The notes under the pieces were generated by a model that was given only the letters and a program-made list of their open reading frames with translations, was not told the origin of the DNA and did not search any database. From positions 1,178,001-1,242,000 of the forward strand of contig JANJGN010000052.1 in the NCBI GenBank assembly GCA_026770705.1: DNA of 64,000 bases, in the 5' to 3' direction. Positions 49,899-63,544 of the stretch are shown here, in pieces. Position numbers and translations under genes: made by a program. Origin of the DNA: Isurus oxyrinchus (taxonomy: Eukaryota). Position 1 is the first letter of the stretch; every line of letters starts with the position of its first letter.

Positions 49899-51970
49899 AG
49901 GTGAGGTGAGAGTGACTGCCTTTGACATCAAGTCTGCATTTGACCGAGTGTGGCATCTAGGATCCCGAGTAAAACTGGAGTCAATGGGAATCAGGGGTGG
50001 TACGAAAGTATAATAATTTGCTTAATATTTTCCTGGTTTGTTGTAAACTAGGTTTCTGGGTGTGAGTGTAGATGGGTCTGTCTGTGTGGTTTAATTACAT
50101 CTGGAGACAGGTACACTGCAAGTTTGAGATTATCAAAAGAAGCTAGATGTAGAAATGTACTTGAAATGCTAATGAGAACACATGGAGGCTGTGTTAGCAT
50201 GTAAGGTGTGAAGGGGCTGTTTAGATTTCAAAGGGATGTTGGTCTGTTTAGGACAAGCCCAATAAGCAAAGCTAAGGAGTTTTTTTTAATTTTACCCAAA
50301 CTTCATTGACAATATTGGCAACATGAAAGTTTATATTATGGGAAAGGTACAGCTCCAAAGAATTTACACATCAAAGAGAGAGAAACATGTATAAAGGAGA
50401 ATGAAAGGCTATGTTGGGGGCCATGTAAGATCTAACAGGAGTGTGTGAAACAGGCTTGAAGAAGCCTCCAGGCATTTGTGCATAAGTCTGTTATGTTCAG
50501 TAAATAAAGTTGGAGAAATCCATTTAGATTTCCAGTGTCAAGTGTGTGCTGTGTTAACTCGCTGGGTTTGTTTTTAATCTAAAATCTTATTTTGGACTGT
50601 TGCCTTAAACAGGCTCTGTAACTGGGAGTCAGGTTAATTAGGAATTTGAGAATATATTTTAGCTGTAACTAACCGTGGTATTATGTCTGTGCTTGAAATC
50701 TTTTATTTTTTTAATAAATATCTTAATTGAATTTTTAAAATCTCTAAAGGTTGTGGTCAACTCATTACTCCTGAATTCAGTGCACGCTTCTTGTAATAAA
50801 TACAAATTGCAAAACTATTGTGATAGCGTGACCAATTTTCCCTTGTGGATTTGGAGCACCAAGCACACATCATCTGCCATGTCATGTCACAGGGAAAACT
50901 CTCCACTCGTTGGATTCATACCAAGTACAAAGGAAGGTGGTTGTGGTTGTTGGAGGTCAGTCATTTCAGTTCCAGGACATCACTGCAGGAGTTGCTCAGC
51001 GTAGTGTCCTAGGCCCAACCATCTTCAGCTGCTTCATCAATGACATTCATTCTATCAGATGGTCAGAATTATGGAAGGTCGCTGATGATTGCACAACGTT
51101 CAACATCATTCATGACTCATCAGATGCTGAAGCAGTCCATGTCCAAATGCAGCAAGACCTGGACAATATCCAGGCTTGGCCTGACAAGTGGCAAGTAACA
51201 TTCATGCCACACAAGTGCCAGGCAATGACCATTTCCAACCAGAGAGAATATATCCATCTCCCCTTAATGTCCAATAGCATCACCATTGCTGAATCCCACA
51301 CTATCAACACTCTGGGGGTTACCAATGACTAGAAACTGAACTGGACTAGCCATATAAACACTGTGACTATAAGAGCAGGCCAGAGCCTGGGAATCCTGTG
51401 GTGAGTAACTCACCTCCTGACTCCCCAAAGCCTGTCCACCAACCTCAAGGCACAGGTCACAAGTGATGGAATACTCTCCACCTGCCTAGATGAGTGCAGC
51501 TCCAACAACACTCAAGAAGCTCGACACCGTCCAGGACAAAGCAGCCCCGCTTGATTTGCACCCCATCCACAAACATTCTCTCCCTCCACAACTGACGTAC
51601 AGCGGCAGCAGGGTGTGTACCATCTACAAGATGCAACGTAGAGATTCACCAAGCCTCCTTAGACAGCACCTTCCAAACACATGATCACTACCATCTCGAA
51701 GGACAAGGGCAGCAGACACATGGGAACACCACCACCTGGAAGTTCCCCTCGAAGTCACTCACCATCCTGACTTGGAAATATATCACCGTTCCTTCACTGT
51801 CGCTGGGTCAGAATCCTGCAACACCCTCCCAAACAGTTCTGTGGGTGTACATACACCACAGGGACTGCAGCAGCTCAAGAAGGCAGCTCACCCCCATATT
51901 CTCAAGGACAATTAGGGATGGGCAATAAATTCTGGCCTAGCCAGTGTCAGTGAATGAATACAAAAAAGAA
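49899..51970 (+). mobile_element. CR1 LINE with nested LTR-like element (49998-50891); duplicate of 10911-12980
   Basis: Same insertion points as in the gene A flank. Confidence 0.9.
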
Positions 51971-54582
51971 GCAATTAAAATGCCCTGACATTTCTGTACA
52001 GTTTTATCAAATTAAATACGTACTCTAGTGAATAATTCCATTCTCCAAGGCACCACTTCCTGTTGTCACATGCCCTTCTGATTATTTAAATTCCTGTGTC
52101 ATTGGTAATGGAACATTCCCATGTAAACATGTCACACTGTAATTACAGCCTCCTGCCAGTGGTGGTGCTCTAGTGTCCTAGTTTTGCTTCTCAGAGACTG
52201 GAGGATCTCAATACGTTGTGTTTACAATATGAGTAACGCTCAGGGGTGACCAGGGTGATTCTTTTGGCCAAGTTTACGATGTTGCTAAGATACAATGGCC
52301 CCGTAAGATTTTTCCTACTGCGTTTACAAGGTTGAATTGAAGAGATTTTTGAAGTGTCTGGCACAGTTTTATTAAGGTCCCCTCACATCCAATCTGGTGT
52401 CAATGGGTTCAGTTCTGGGTCCGGCACCTCAGGGAGGATATACTGTCCTTGGAGGGGGTGCTGTGCAGAGTCACCAGGATGATCCCGGGGCTGAAAGGGT
52501 TAAATCCCGAGGACAGGTTGCACGGACCAGGCTTGTGTTCCCTCGAGTCTCGAAGATTAAGGGGTGATCTAATCGAGGGGTTTAAGATGAGTCGTCTCTG
52601 TGACCTTCTTCAACCCTGTGAGTCAGCAATGACAACATGAGTTGATGTTAGCCTGATATGTAGTGCATGGAGGGATATTACTCTCCAGGGTGTGTGTGCA
52701 TCACAGTGCTCATTCACATGTGTTCCATGTGCACCTACATCAGCTGTGTAGACATACAAGCCTCAATGCTGCATCCGGGGAATGTGCCATGTCTCACACC
52801 TTAGCTGCAGCACGACCCTTCCCTTGGAGCTCTGTGTGCTCGAGACCTATTTTGTTATTTTTTCCTGCCGTCTCTGTGTCCCCCGACCCGGGAGTGAAAA
52901 TCCGGCCTTAACTTCCACTTTCTAGTGTCTGAGACAAGAGGCAATGAGTGAGTGGGCTGACGGTCAGGATTAATGCTGTTAATCTGTGTTTGAGGGGCTG
53001 TGAATTCTCGGGGGACTAGTTACTCTCTGAGCAGCAGCTTCCAAATCCTTATTTGATGCCGTGCATGTGGGGTTGGAAGATTCTTTTTAAAACCACAGGC
53101 AGTTCACAGAAACCCACAGGAAACCCACAGAGAGACAGTCACTGGGTAACACACTCAATCCTTGTGGTTTCACCTTTTAACCACATCCTGTCTGTGGCTT
53201 AAATGTTAAACACAGTGGCCATACGCAGGGAGGTTTCACTCTGTGAAGCGCTTGCTCTCTCTCTCACAAACACACACACAGACACACACACACAGACACA
53301 TACACAGACACACCCATACCCACATACTCACATACACAGACACACACACTCACTCACAAACACACACAGACACACACACACACATACACAAACACACATA
53401 CACACGCTCACACACATACACAAACACACATACACACGCTCACACACTTACAGACAGANNNNNNNNNNNNNNNNNNNNNNNNNNNNNNNNNNNNNNNNNN
53501 NNNNNNNNNNNNNNNNNNNNNNNNNNNNNNNNNNNNNNNNNNNNNNNNNNNNNNNNNNNNNNNNNNNNNNNNNNNNNNNNNNNNNNNNNNNNNNNNNNNN
53601 NNNNNNNNNNNNNNNNNNNNNNNNNNNNNNNNNAGACAGACACAAACACACTCACATTCTCACACACACACACAGACACTCACTTGCACACACACAAACA
53701 CACACCCAAAGACAATATCCTGACAGCAAACTGTGATTTAGAGCTTCCTACAACTTAACTAACTGACCAAAGATGTATTGAACTGTCTAAAAGTGACCTG
53801 TTTTGCAAAGAAATACAAGATTGTACACAGATCAAAAATGGCTGACACAAGTCATCTGATTGCTGGTACTGTGAAGTTGATCACTTCTCTGGAAAAGTTC
53901 AAATGAATTGCACTGCAGACCTGTTGCATGGAAGGTCACGCCTGGGGTGTGTCAGGGTTCACTGCAAACAGGGACACTCTTAAAAGGAAGGCATTAAAAT
54001 GCAAAGTGCTGGACTTTGAACAGCTGTAGTTCTATCAAAACAGTGGGAACTGCTCACCAAGCGGATAATCATCAGCCATTCAAAACCCCCTGTGGAGGAT
54101 GCAATACCCGCATCTCCTGTTGATTTATATCTTGAAATGCATCAAATGTTTTGGAGATGCAAAGATAAAAAACGTGAATACTTGGCCTTTAACAATGAAT
54201 GCAAAACATGCTGATTGAATTCCCTTCAGGAATATACAGACAGGAGTTTAACAAATGGTTCTGCCAAGCAGATATAAGAGAAAGGAGGAGGAAAAAGAAA
54301 TATGGCAGTCATCTAAAAACCCTGCTAGAAAAGAACAGAAATGATTTCTCCCTCTCTCCCTGTCTCTCTCTCTCTCTCTCTCGCACCTTCTTTCTCTCTG
54401 TCTGTCTGAAGCTAACAGAGTGTCTTCATTAATGTGCAAGTCTGAGCCAGATGAAATACAGGATTCTACAGCAAACCAACTAATTTAAAACAGCTTCAAA
54501 CTTCACAAACTATGCTGCAGTATAATAACTCTTTGATTTTTTTTTAATTGGGCTCCATAATTATTTTACCTCTGATATCCGT

Positions 54583-54624
<42 letters not shown>

Positions 54625-55289
54625 CTTCCTGTGTGAGCGTGTGTGTGTGTCTGTGCCTGTCTGTGTGTGGGTGTCAGTGTGGTGTGTGTCTGTGCTTGTC
54701 TGTGTTTGTGTGCGTTTGTGTGTGTATGCGTGTGCACCTGTGTGTCTGTGTGTGTGGGCCTGCGTGTGAGTGTGTGTATGTGTGCCTGTGTGTCTGTGTG
54801 TGTGGGCCTGTGTGTGAGCGTGTGTATGTGTGCCTGTGTGTGAGCGTGTGTATGTGTGCCTGTGTGTGAGCGTGTGTATGTGTGCCTGTGTGTGAGCGTG
54901 TGTATGTGTGTCTGTGTGTGAGCGAGTGTATGTGTGCCTGTGTGTGAGCGTGTGTCTGTGTGCCTGTGTGTGAGCGTGTGTATGACTTGTTGTGGAAATT
55001 GCATTTGGGGGAAACTATATTTTAAACCCTTTTTGCAACCAACCATGGGGGTTGAATAGAAAGGGAGCCAGTTCACTGCCCGTCACCCAGTTGTAACAAC
55101 ATTCACACACACACACACTCTCACACACACACTCTCACACACACACATTCACACACACCCACATCCACTTACCCACACACAAACACACACAAACAAAGAT
55201 AATGTCCCACTGACAGGAAACTGCGACTGAGTGACAGCATGTCAGGAATATATAATAATCTCCATAATGTTATTGGAATTTATTGTAAA

Positions 55290-56180
55290 ATAGAGTCCAT
55301 GTGTCTGTGTCCACATGTGTCTGTGATGTGTTTGTGTGAGACTTATTAGAATTAGAGGAAGCTGGTCTGGGTGTTTTGATGTGAGAAGAGAAGTTAGGTT
55401 TGAACTGTTTATTAGATAAACATGGGGAAGTTTTAGAATGTGAAGTGTAAAGGGGGCAATTTGCATTTTAAGTTAAACCAAACGAGATTGTTTTCAAAGA
55501 AGGAGAGAAATGTGTCACCGAGCCAGGTGAAGATAAGAAACAGTGTGTTTATTTTTGCCAAAGATTACTGGTAAAACTTAGGGCTATGAGAAATTTGTAT
55601 TATTACAAAGATAAAGTCCAAAGACATAGTGAAACAATGGGAATTTGCATTCAAAGGGGAAAATATGTATCAAGGAGTGAAGACTGTGTGTAAGGGTCGG
55701 TGTTTTTAAGATCTTACAATGATGAAAAGCCTTCAGCCTGCATGTACCAAGCTGCTGCCTCCAGGGACTGAAGTTAAGAGAATTCACTTTGAACTCAACT
55801 GTTCAGCGTATCGTTTACTGTTCCTGGGACATTTAAAATCTCTGTGTTTTACTGTTGCCTTAACAGAGATAACAGAGCGTCTTCAACAAAATGCAAATCT
55901 GAATCAAATAACCACCAGGATGCCACAGGTAACCAATTAACTTTGAACAGCTGCAAACTTCAGCAATCTACGCCTCAAAGACAAGCAAAGGTATTAATCA
56001 TATATTCTTTCAAATTTTTGTCGGACTCTAACTTTTTAATTCTGACGTGTGTAAATGGAAGTTAAATTAATTAAGGGATTTAGAAGTTATTATAGTAGTA
56101 ATTTATAGACAGATGTGTATGCTTAAAAATCATTTTTTCTTGTTAATCAATGTTTAATCTAGTTTTATAAAATCCTCTTA
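55290..56180. mobile_element. LTR-like element related to 11010-11904, interrupted by a foreign ~190-bp patch
   Basis: Shared blocks (gaatttgcattcaaag, aagccttcag, cttaaaaatc...ttaat); absent from the first duplicated block. Confidence 0.5.
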
Positions 56181-57669
56181 CACCGAAAAAAGGGTGAACA
56201 CTATTGTAAAGTGTTCTGGGACATCCAGAGACCATGCTGTACAGAAGAGATTTGACAGGAGCAGCAAGTGTTTTACTTACAGGAGAATGAGTCCCCAGGG
56301 TTGTAGAGTCAATCCTGTCAGATGAATGACTAACTGGAGACACTTCAGGGAGCTGATCTAATTCTGGAAATGTTCAGTTTACCAGGATCGGAATAGAGAT
56401 GATCTCCCTCTCCTGACTGTATCAGACAAGTGGTGAACCTGTTGAGGTGAACAGAATTACCTGTTAAACCTCTTAACCTCATTACTACTGAATTCAAAGC
56501 CCACATCTCAAAACATACAAGTTGGAAATTAGTTGTGACAGTTGTTTCAAGTTTCCCTCCAGGATTTGAACAGCTCAGCATTTACCATCTGTTATGTCAT
56601 AACAGAGCTTCCTTCAACTTAACCAACAAGCCAAAAATGTATTGAACTGTTTAAAGGAGACCTGTTTTTCAAAAGTACCAGATTAGGCTCTGATCAAAAA
56701 TGGCTGTCACGAGTCACCTGATTGCTGATACTGCAAACGTGATCACTTCTCTGGAAAGCTTCAAATGAATTGCACTACAGACATGTTGCATGAAGGTTCT
56801 CACTGAGATGTGTCAGGGTCCACTTGAAACTGGGACTCCCTTAAAAATGCAAAGTGCTGGGCTTTGATCACTGTAGGTCTATCAAGATAATGGGAACTGC
56901 TCACCATGCAGATATTCATCAATCATTCAAAACCCCTTGTGGAGGATGAAATGTCTCCATCTCCTGTTGATTTATATCTTGAAATGCATCAAATGTTTCA
57001 GAGATGCAAAGATCAAAAAATGGGATTACTTGGCCTATAGCAATGAATGCAAGACATGCTGATCGAATTCCCTTTGGGAATATACAGACAGGAGTTTAAC
57101 AACAGGTTCTGTCAAGCAGATATAAGAGAAAGTAGGAGGAAAAGGAAAGATGGCAGTCACCCAAAAACACTGCTGGAAAAGAGCAGAAATTCTCTCTCTC
57201 TCTCTCTCTCTTTCTGAAGCTAACAGAGCATCTTCAACAAGTCCAAATCTGAATCAAATCACCACAAGGATGCCACAGGAAACCAATCAACTTTGCAAAC
57301 TTCAACAATCTACACCTCGAAGACAAGCAAAGCTATCAATCATATATTCATTTAAATTTTTATTGGACTCTAACTTTTTATTTCTGACATGTGTGTGTGT
57401 GTGTGGCTGTCTCTCTGCCTGTCTGTGTGAGTATGAGTGTGTCTGCCTGCGCGAGCGTGTGTCAGTGTGAACATATGTGAGTGTGTGTGTGTGTCTGAGT
57501 GAGNNNNNNNNNNNNNNNNNNNNNNNNNNNNNNNNNNNNNNNNNNNNNNNNNNNNNNNNNNNNNNNNNNNNNNNNNNNNNNNNNNNNNNNNNNNNNNNNN
57601 NNNNNNNNNNNNNNNNNNNNNNNNNNNNNNNNNNNNNNNNNNNNNNNNNNNNNNNNNNNNNNNNNNNNN

Positions 57670-60440
57670 TATTGTTGCATCTTAATTATTAACATTATTT
57701 AAAAATAGTGATCACACAAGCCTGGTTTCTAAGGAAATGAAACTGCCAACAATTTACAGTAAAGTGAAACGTACAGGAATAATCTATTTATTTTGAGCTG
57801 ATGATATATAATTATACATGAGGCATGTTGTTAATTTCAAACATCATCTGAAATATGGCAGGTCTGACAGAGCAGCTTTCCCTCAGCGCTCACCCTCCGA
57901 CAGTGCAGCACTCCCTCAGTACTGACCCTCTGACAGTGCAGCACTCCCTCAGTACTGACCCTCCGACAGTTCAGCACTGTCTCAGTACTGACCCTTTGAT
58001 CGAGCAGGGTCTCCCTCAGTACTGACCTCCTGACAGTGCAGCACTCCCTCAGTACTCACCCTCTGACAGTGCAGCACTCCCTCAGCACTCCCTCACTGGG
58101 GAGAGTCCATCTGGTTTTGAGCTGTAACCTTGAGATGGTTTGAAAACCCCAACCTTCTGTCTTGGAGAGAGAGAGAGAGAGAGTGAGTGCGTGTGTGAGA
58201 AAGAGAGACAATGTGTGTGTGAGAGAGTGAGAGTGCGTATGTGTGCGAGAGAGAAGGATAGAGAGAAAGAGAAAATGTGTGAGAGAGCAAAGGAGTGTGT
58301 ACGCTTGAGAGAGGGAGGTAGCTTAATTGTGGAGAGAGAGAGTGTGTGTGAGAGAAAGGGAATGTTTGTGTTAGAGAGAGAACTTATGTGTGAGAGAGAA
58401 AGATAGAGAGAGAATCTGTGTGTGTTAGATAGTGTGTGTGTGAAAGAGAGAGTGTGTATGTGAGAGAGCGTGTGCGTGAGAGCGTGTGTGTGTGTGTTTG
58501 AGAGGGTGTATGTGTTTGAGAGAGGGAGTGTGCGAGAGAGGGTGTGCGTGTTTGAGAGGGAGTCTGTGTGTTTAAGAGAATGAACGAGAGAAAATGTGTG
58601 TATGTATGTGTGTGTGTGCGTGTGTGTGTGTGCGTAAGTGTGTGTATGTGTGTGTGTGTGCGTGTGCATTCTGACTGAGCTGAGTTCACAGTTTCACACG
58701 TTGCTAGGGACCACTTTTCCGCCTCTCTGTCAGACTGTGTGTATCTGACAGCAGGTCAGGCAGAAATAGTCCAGAATGCGTTGTGGTTTTGTAGCATTGA
58801 AACAACGACATGAACTAAATGAGTGCTGCACCAAATAAAGACATGGAGTGACCACACCAAAAAACCACGTGACTTCCCCAGTTTCACATCTCCCTCAAAC
58901 ACAGAAAAACTGGGTTAACACTGACCCTCCTCCCAGAGCCAGTTCACCTCGTGTCCGATGCAGTCAGGAGAGGAAGATCATCTCTCCTCCAATCCTGGTA
59001 AACTGAACATTTCCAGAATTAGATCAGCTCCCTGAAGTGTCTCCAGTTAGTCATTCATCTGACAGGATTGACTCTACAACCCTGGGGACTCATTCTCCTG
59101 TAAGTAAAACACTTGCTGCTCCTGTCAAATCTCTTCTGTACAGTATGGTCTCTGGATGTCCCAGAACACTTTACAGTTGAGTTCACCCTTTTTTCGAAGT
59201 GTGGTTACTGTTGTAATGTAGGAAACGCAGCAGCCAATTAGCGCACAGCAAGCTCCCACAAACAGCAATGTGATCATCTGTTTTTAGTGATGTTGGTTGA
59301 GGGATAAATATTGATCCCAGGACACCGGGGAGATCTCCCCCCTGCTCTTCCTCCAAATAGTGGCTGTGGGATCTTTCACACCCGCCCGAGAGGGCAGACG
59401 GGGGTCTCGGTTTAGTGTCTAATATTGGACTAATCTCCAGGCGAGGTTGGCTGGATGGATTATTGACAAGGTCCATTCACCCTGTAAAGAGTTTCTCTGG
59501 TTTGAAATACCCGATCAAACATCGAGTTGTGTGTCTAAACCTTGTGTTGAAAAGACACCTTTCCAGCTCTTCACCTGCCATTAGCTTGTTGAGTCTTCAC
59601 ACGCTCCGTCTGTCCGTGACCAACCCCTCTTAGCTCATCCTTTCCTTGTCGTACATCGAGCTGTTCATCCTGACGGGTTCCCTCCTTCCCAGTAACACTC
59701 CATCTCTGACATCAAACTAACTCCCAACACATTGATGAATTGTATGGATTCCAGCGTCAGTTGGTTCTGTCTGAGGCTGTTTCTCTGATCGGGGACCGAG
59801 CTGTTCTGAACGGACATTGTGTTCAGCAGTTCTTATTGCAGATCAGGCTGTTCAACCAATGCTGCTGTTCACTGAGGTGACTCCGATTCTACATTCACAC
59901 ATTAATGATCTCATGTCCAGCAGCAAACATCTGAATGAAGCCAGGTACAAGAAAAATCCCAGCTGCTTGATCCGACAGTTATCTGTTCAGGCATGGCCCC
60001 TTGTTCCAAATAACAAACATTATTTAAAAATAGTCATCACATGAGCCTGGTTAACAAGGAAATGAAACCATGAACAATTTGCAGTGAAGTGAAACGTACA
60101 GGACTAATCTATTTATATTGGGCTGATGATATAGAATTTTACACGAGGCATGTTGCTAATTTCAAACATCATCCGAAGTATGGCAGTTCTGACAGTGCAG
60201 CACTTCCTCAGTACTGACCCTTTGACAGTGCAGCACTCCCTCAGTACTGACCCTCTGACAGTGCAGCACTCCCTCAGTACTGACCCTCTGACAGTGCAGC
60301 ACTTCCTCAGTACTGACCCTTTGACAGTGCATCACACCCTCAGTACTGACCCTTTGACAGTGCAGCACTCCCCCAGTACTGACCCACTGACAGTGCAGCA
60401 GTCCCCCAGTACTGACCCACTGACAGTGCAGCACTCCCTT
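57670..60440 (+). repeat. Partner arm of the inverted duplication; 57670-58834 is also a direct duplicate of 17419-19337
   Basis: Sequence identity by inspection. Confidence 0.9.
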
Positions 60441-60539
60441 GGTACTGAATCCAGAGATACAAGGAAGAGACTGAAGAGCTGACGATTCAGCTGAATTAAA
60501 AAACAGAGGCAGTTACAGAATCACAACAAGTTTACAGAG

Positions 60540-60730
60540 CAGAAGGAGGCCATTCAGCCCCTTGAGCCTGTTACACAGGAACAGGAGAAACCATTCAGCC
60601 CCCTCGAACCTGTTACACAGGAACAGGAGGAGGCCATTCAGCCCCCTTGAGCCTGTTACACAGGAACAGGAGGAGGCCCATTCAGCCCCTCGAGCCTCTT
60701 ACACAGGAACAGGAAGAGGCAATTCAACCA
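60540..60730. repeat. ~42-bp tandem repeat (ACACAGGAACAGGAGGAGGCCATTCAGCCCCTCGAGCCTGTT), about 4 copies
   Basis: Direct inspection; resembles a reversed LINE/SINE tail. Confidence 0.85.
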
Positions 60731-60829
60731 CATTCTTGACACCAAAGGATTTACCAGTTTGCTTACAGTGGAAGACAAAGAGTTGGTTTCTCAAATTCAC
60801 ACAAACCAACTCACATTTTGACTCACAGA

Positions 60830-60980
60830 GACACATTCACCCTTTCTAATTAAACACACAGAGGGAGCAGCACAGGAAGAGGTCATTCAGCCCAAGCAGA
60901 GCGTGTGGGCAGTTCCTCCCCAGGCGAGCAGTCGGACAGGTCCTGGGTAACTAACGGAACGATTGGAATTCACTTCCACG
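60830..60980 (+). promoter_or_regulatory. Putative promoter and non-coding exon 1 of gene E (donor at 60947)
   Basis: Third copy of the conserved block upstream of a leader exon. Confidence 0.55.
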
Positions 60981-61379
60981 ACCAACACCGTCCTTTGTTG
61001 ATGTTCTGACTTTATAAAGAGAGATTCCAATGATTGATGCCTTTGAAAGATTTCTACTGATTATTGAGATCTGGGTGTGAGGCTCAAGTCTATTGTACAG
61101 AATATCTTTCTAGCTCAAGGGATGAGGAAAATGGGATGCCCTGAGCTGGTGAAAGGTGCTATAGAAATGCAAGCCCTTCATTGTTTTTCATTCTTAAAGC
61201 CTTTTAACTCTCTGCAGAACACCTATCATCCCACAGGGAATCAAATTAGTCTTTGAAGACATTGTCTAAAAGGAGTTCTGATCTCTCGAGATCTGTTGGT
61301 CAAGAGGTGAGGTCTCATTAACTCCTTTCTCTTTCAGAGTTTGAGAGTGAGAAGTGGATGGAATATCTGGGAGTGGACA

Positions 61380-61419
61380 ATGATCGGGAAATCTTACTTC
61401 GTCCTGTCACTTCTCCAAG
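61380..61419 (+). CDS. Gene E signal-peptide exon (MIGKSYFVLSLLQ; exon 61338-61419)
   Basis: Phase-1 donor CAAG|gtaata joins the V exon in frame, giving MIGKSYFVLSLLQVGLSQEW. Confidence 0.8.
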
Positions 61420-62602
61420 GTAATAACATCGTCAGCTTGGACAGATTTATGGTGAATAGTCTTTGTAAAAGAACATTCTTATTGAGCTCTGATAGGGAAC
61501 CGATTCAGCAGTGAGCCAGTGTACAAACTCACACCAAGTCCCATTCACCCATCACCCCTGTGCTCACTGATATACACTGACTCCCTGTCTGACAGCAGAA
61601 TTGGAGGACAGCAGAGGTCTTGCAGGGTTGTAGGGGCTGGAGGAGTGTACAGGGATAGGCAGGTTTGTAGCAGCTAGAGCAGAATCTTAAAATTCAGGTG
61701 CTGTCGGACGTTGGTCACTGAGCGATGGGGATTGATGGGTTGAGTAGAGAAGCAGAGATAAATACTGGCGGATGAAGCCTATCCTAATGCGAGGTCTCCA
61801 ATAGCAATGGCCTGAAATTTTTGTTCTTTGCTGCCTGTATTCAAAATTACCCATGAAGACAACACAGCAGCTCCTCGAATAGACAGGCTGTTCAGTGACA
61901 CACTTCCTGTCCATTCTCACCTTGCTATATACTTCAATAAGGGAGCAAGATAACTGGAAGAGAGAAGAAGATAAAGCCGTTTGTGTGTAAAGCTGTCAAA
62001 TATTCTGAGTTATCATGAGTGTCTCTGACCTGCTGCAGAGTTTAAATTTCACAGAATCTGAGCACTTTGCAGCTCAGAGAGAGACCATTGACTCACTGCC
62101 TGAAAGGGCGGTGGAAGCAGATTCAACAGGAACTTTCAGAAGGGGAACTGGATAAATACTTGAAGGGAAATTTGCAGGGATGTGCGAAAGGTGCTGGAGA
62201 GGAATTGGGAAAGAGCCAGCACATGCACGATGGGTCACATGAGCTCCTCCTGTGTTGTATCATTCAACAATCAGACAATTTAAGACCCTTGTCAGCAAAT
62301 CTTCAGAATCCTGCTGAATCACAGATGTTTTAGAAGTACAGGGAACAAGAAGTTTCTGGTAGCAGCGTTTCATGTGGGGCCCAGTTCAGTTTGAACAAAT
62401 AAACAACACCATCTTTGAAAGTCATGAACCCACCACAGCGGCACCTCCGACACATGCAGAGCTCAGGCTAGAGGCGCTTTGTTAGTGTGTGTCACAGGGT
62501 CTGCTGGAGTAGGGTCAGTGCTGAGCTTGGGGACAAGTCAGTCTACAATGCTGCATCGGAATCAACAATACAACAATATGGGGTTTGGATCAGAAATAAT
62601 CC

Positions 62603-62785
62603 ATTAGACAATGAGGATCCATAGATATTCCTTAGACAATGAGGATCCAAAGAGATTCCTTAGACAATGAGGATCCAAAGAGATTCCTCAGACAATGAGG
62701 ATCCAAAGAGATTCCTTAGACAATGAGGGTCCAAAGTGATTCCTCAAACAATAAGGATCCAAAGAGATTCCTTAGACAATGAAGA
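62603..62785. repeat. 28-bp tandem repeat, about 6.5 copies
   Basis: cttagacaatgaggatccaaagagattc. Confidence 0.9.
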
Positions 62786-63000
62786 TACAAAGTGCACCAA
62801 TCAGATTGAATCAGATTAGCCAATCAGCTGTGTTGAAGAGCAGACAGGAATGTTAGGCTAATTAGTGATTCATGACGGTGATAATGGGGGGAGTTCTGAG
62901 GGCTCCTAATCCATTGTCCTGTCTTGTAAATCAGCACTGAATGGATCTCAATGGGTGGGTCTTGTAGAGTCTGTGTTGGGTGGAAGACTGGCTTCACTAA

Positions 63001-63280
63001 GGGGAAGCGGCAGTAGAGAGGCATTGTCACTGGGCTAGTATTCCAGAGGCCCAGGGTGATGCTCTGGGGCCCTGGGTATGAATCCCATCACAGCAGATGA
63101 ATCGGATTAAAAAGCCTGGTTCACTGATCCCCTTCTGGGAAGGAAATCTCCACCCTTACCCAGTCTGGCCTACATGTCACTCCAAACCCACAGCAATACA
63201 ATTGATTCTTAAATGCCTCTGATGGACATGGGATGGGTAATAAATGCTGGGCACATCCCATGAACGGATAATTTGAAAAA
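63001..63280 (+). mobile_element. tRNA-head SINE with CR1-like tail in the gene E leader-V intron
   Basis: Head ggggaagcgg...gggtatgaatccc, tail gggatgggtaataaatgctgg; absent from the paralogous intron near 24790. Confidence 0.7.
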
Positions 63281-63544
63281 CACGTGACTTGGAGACACTG
63301 TGTTGGGTGGAAGACTGGTTTCACTAAACAGGGTCCTGACGACCATGAGCCAATGCAGAATGAACTTGTCCACTCCTGTGTCCAGGATTCTCTTCCATCC
63401 ATTGTGAAACCTTGGGGAGATCCCTGTGTGTCCTGTAGATGGTCCACACTGCAGCCACTGTGCCCCAGTGATGGAGGGGGTGGATATCGAGTCTAGTGGA
63501 TCGAAAAAACATCCAGAGTTAAATATTGATATTTCTCTCCCCAG

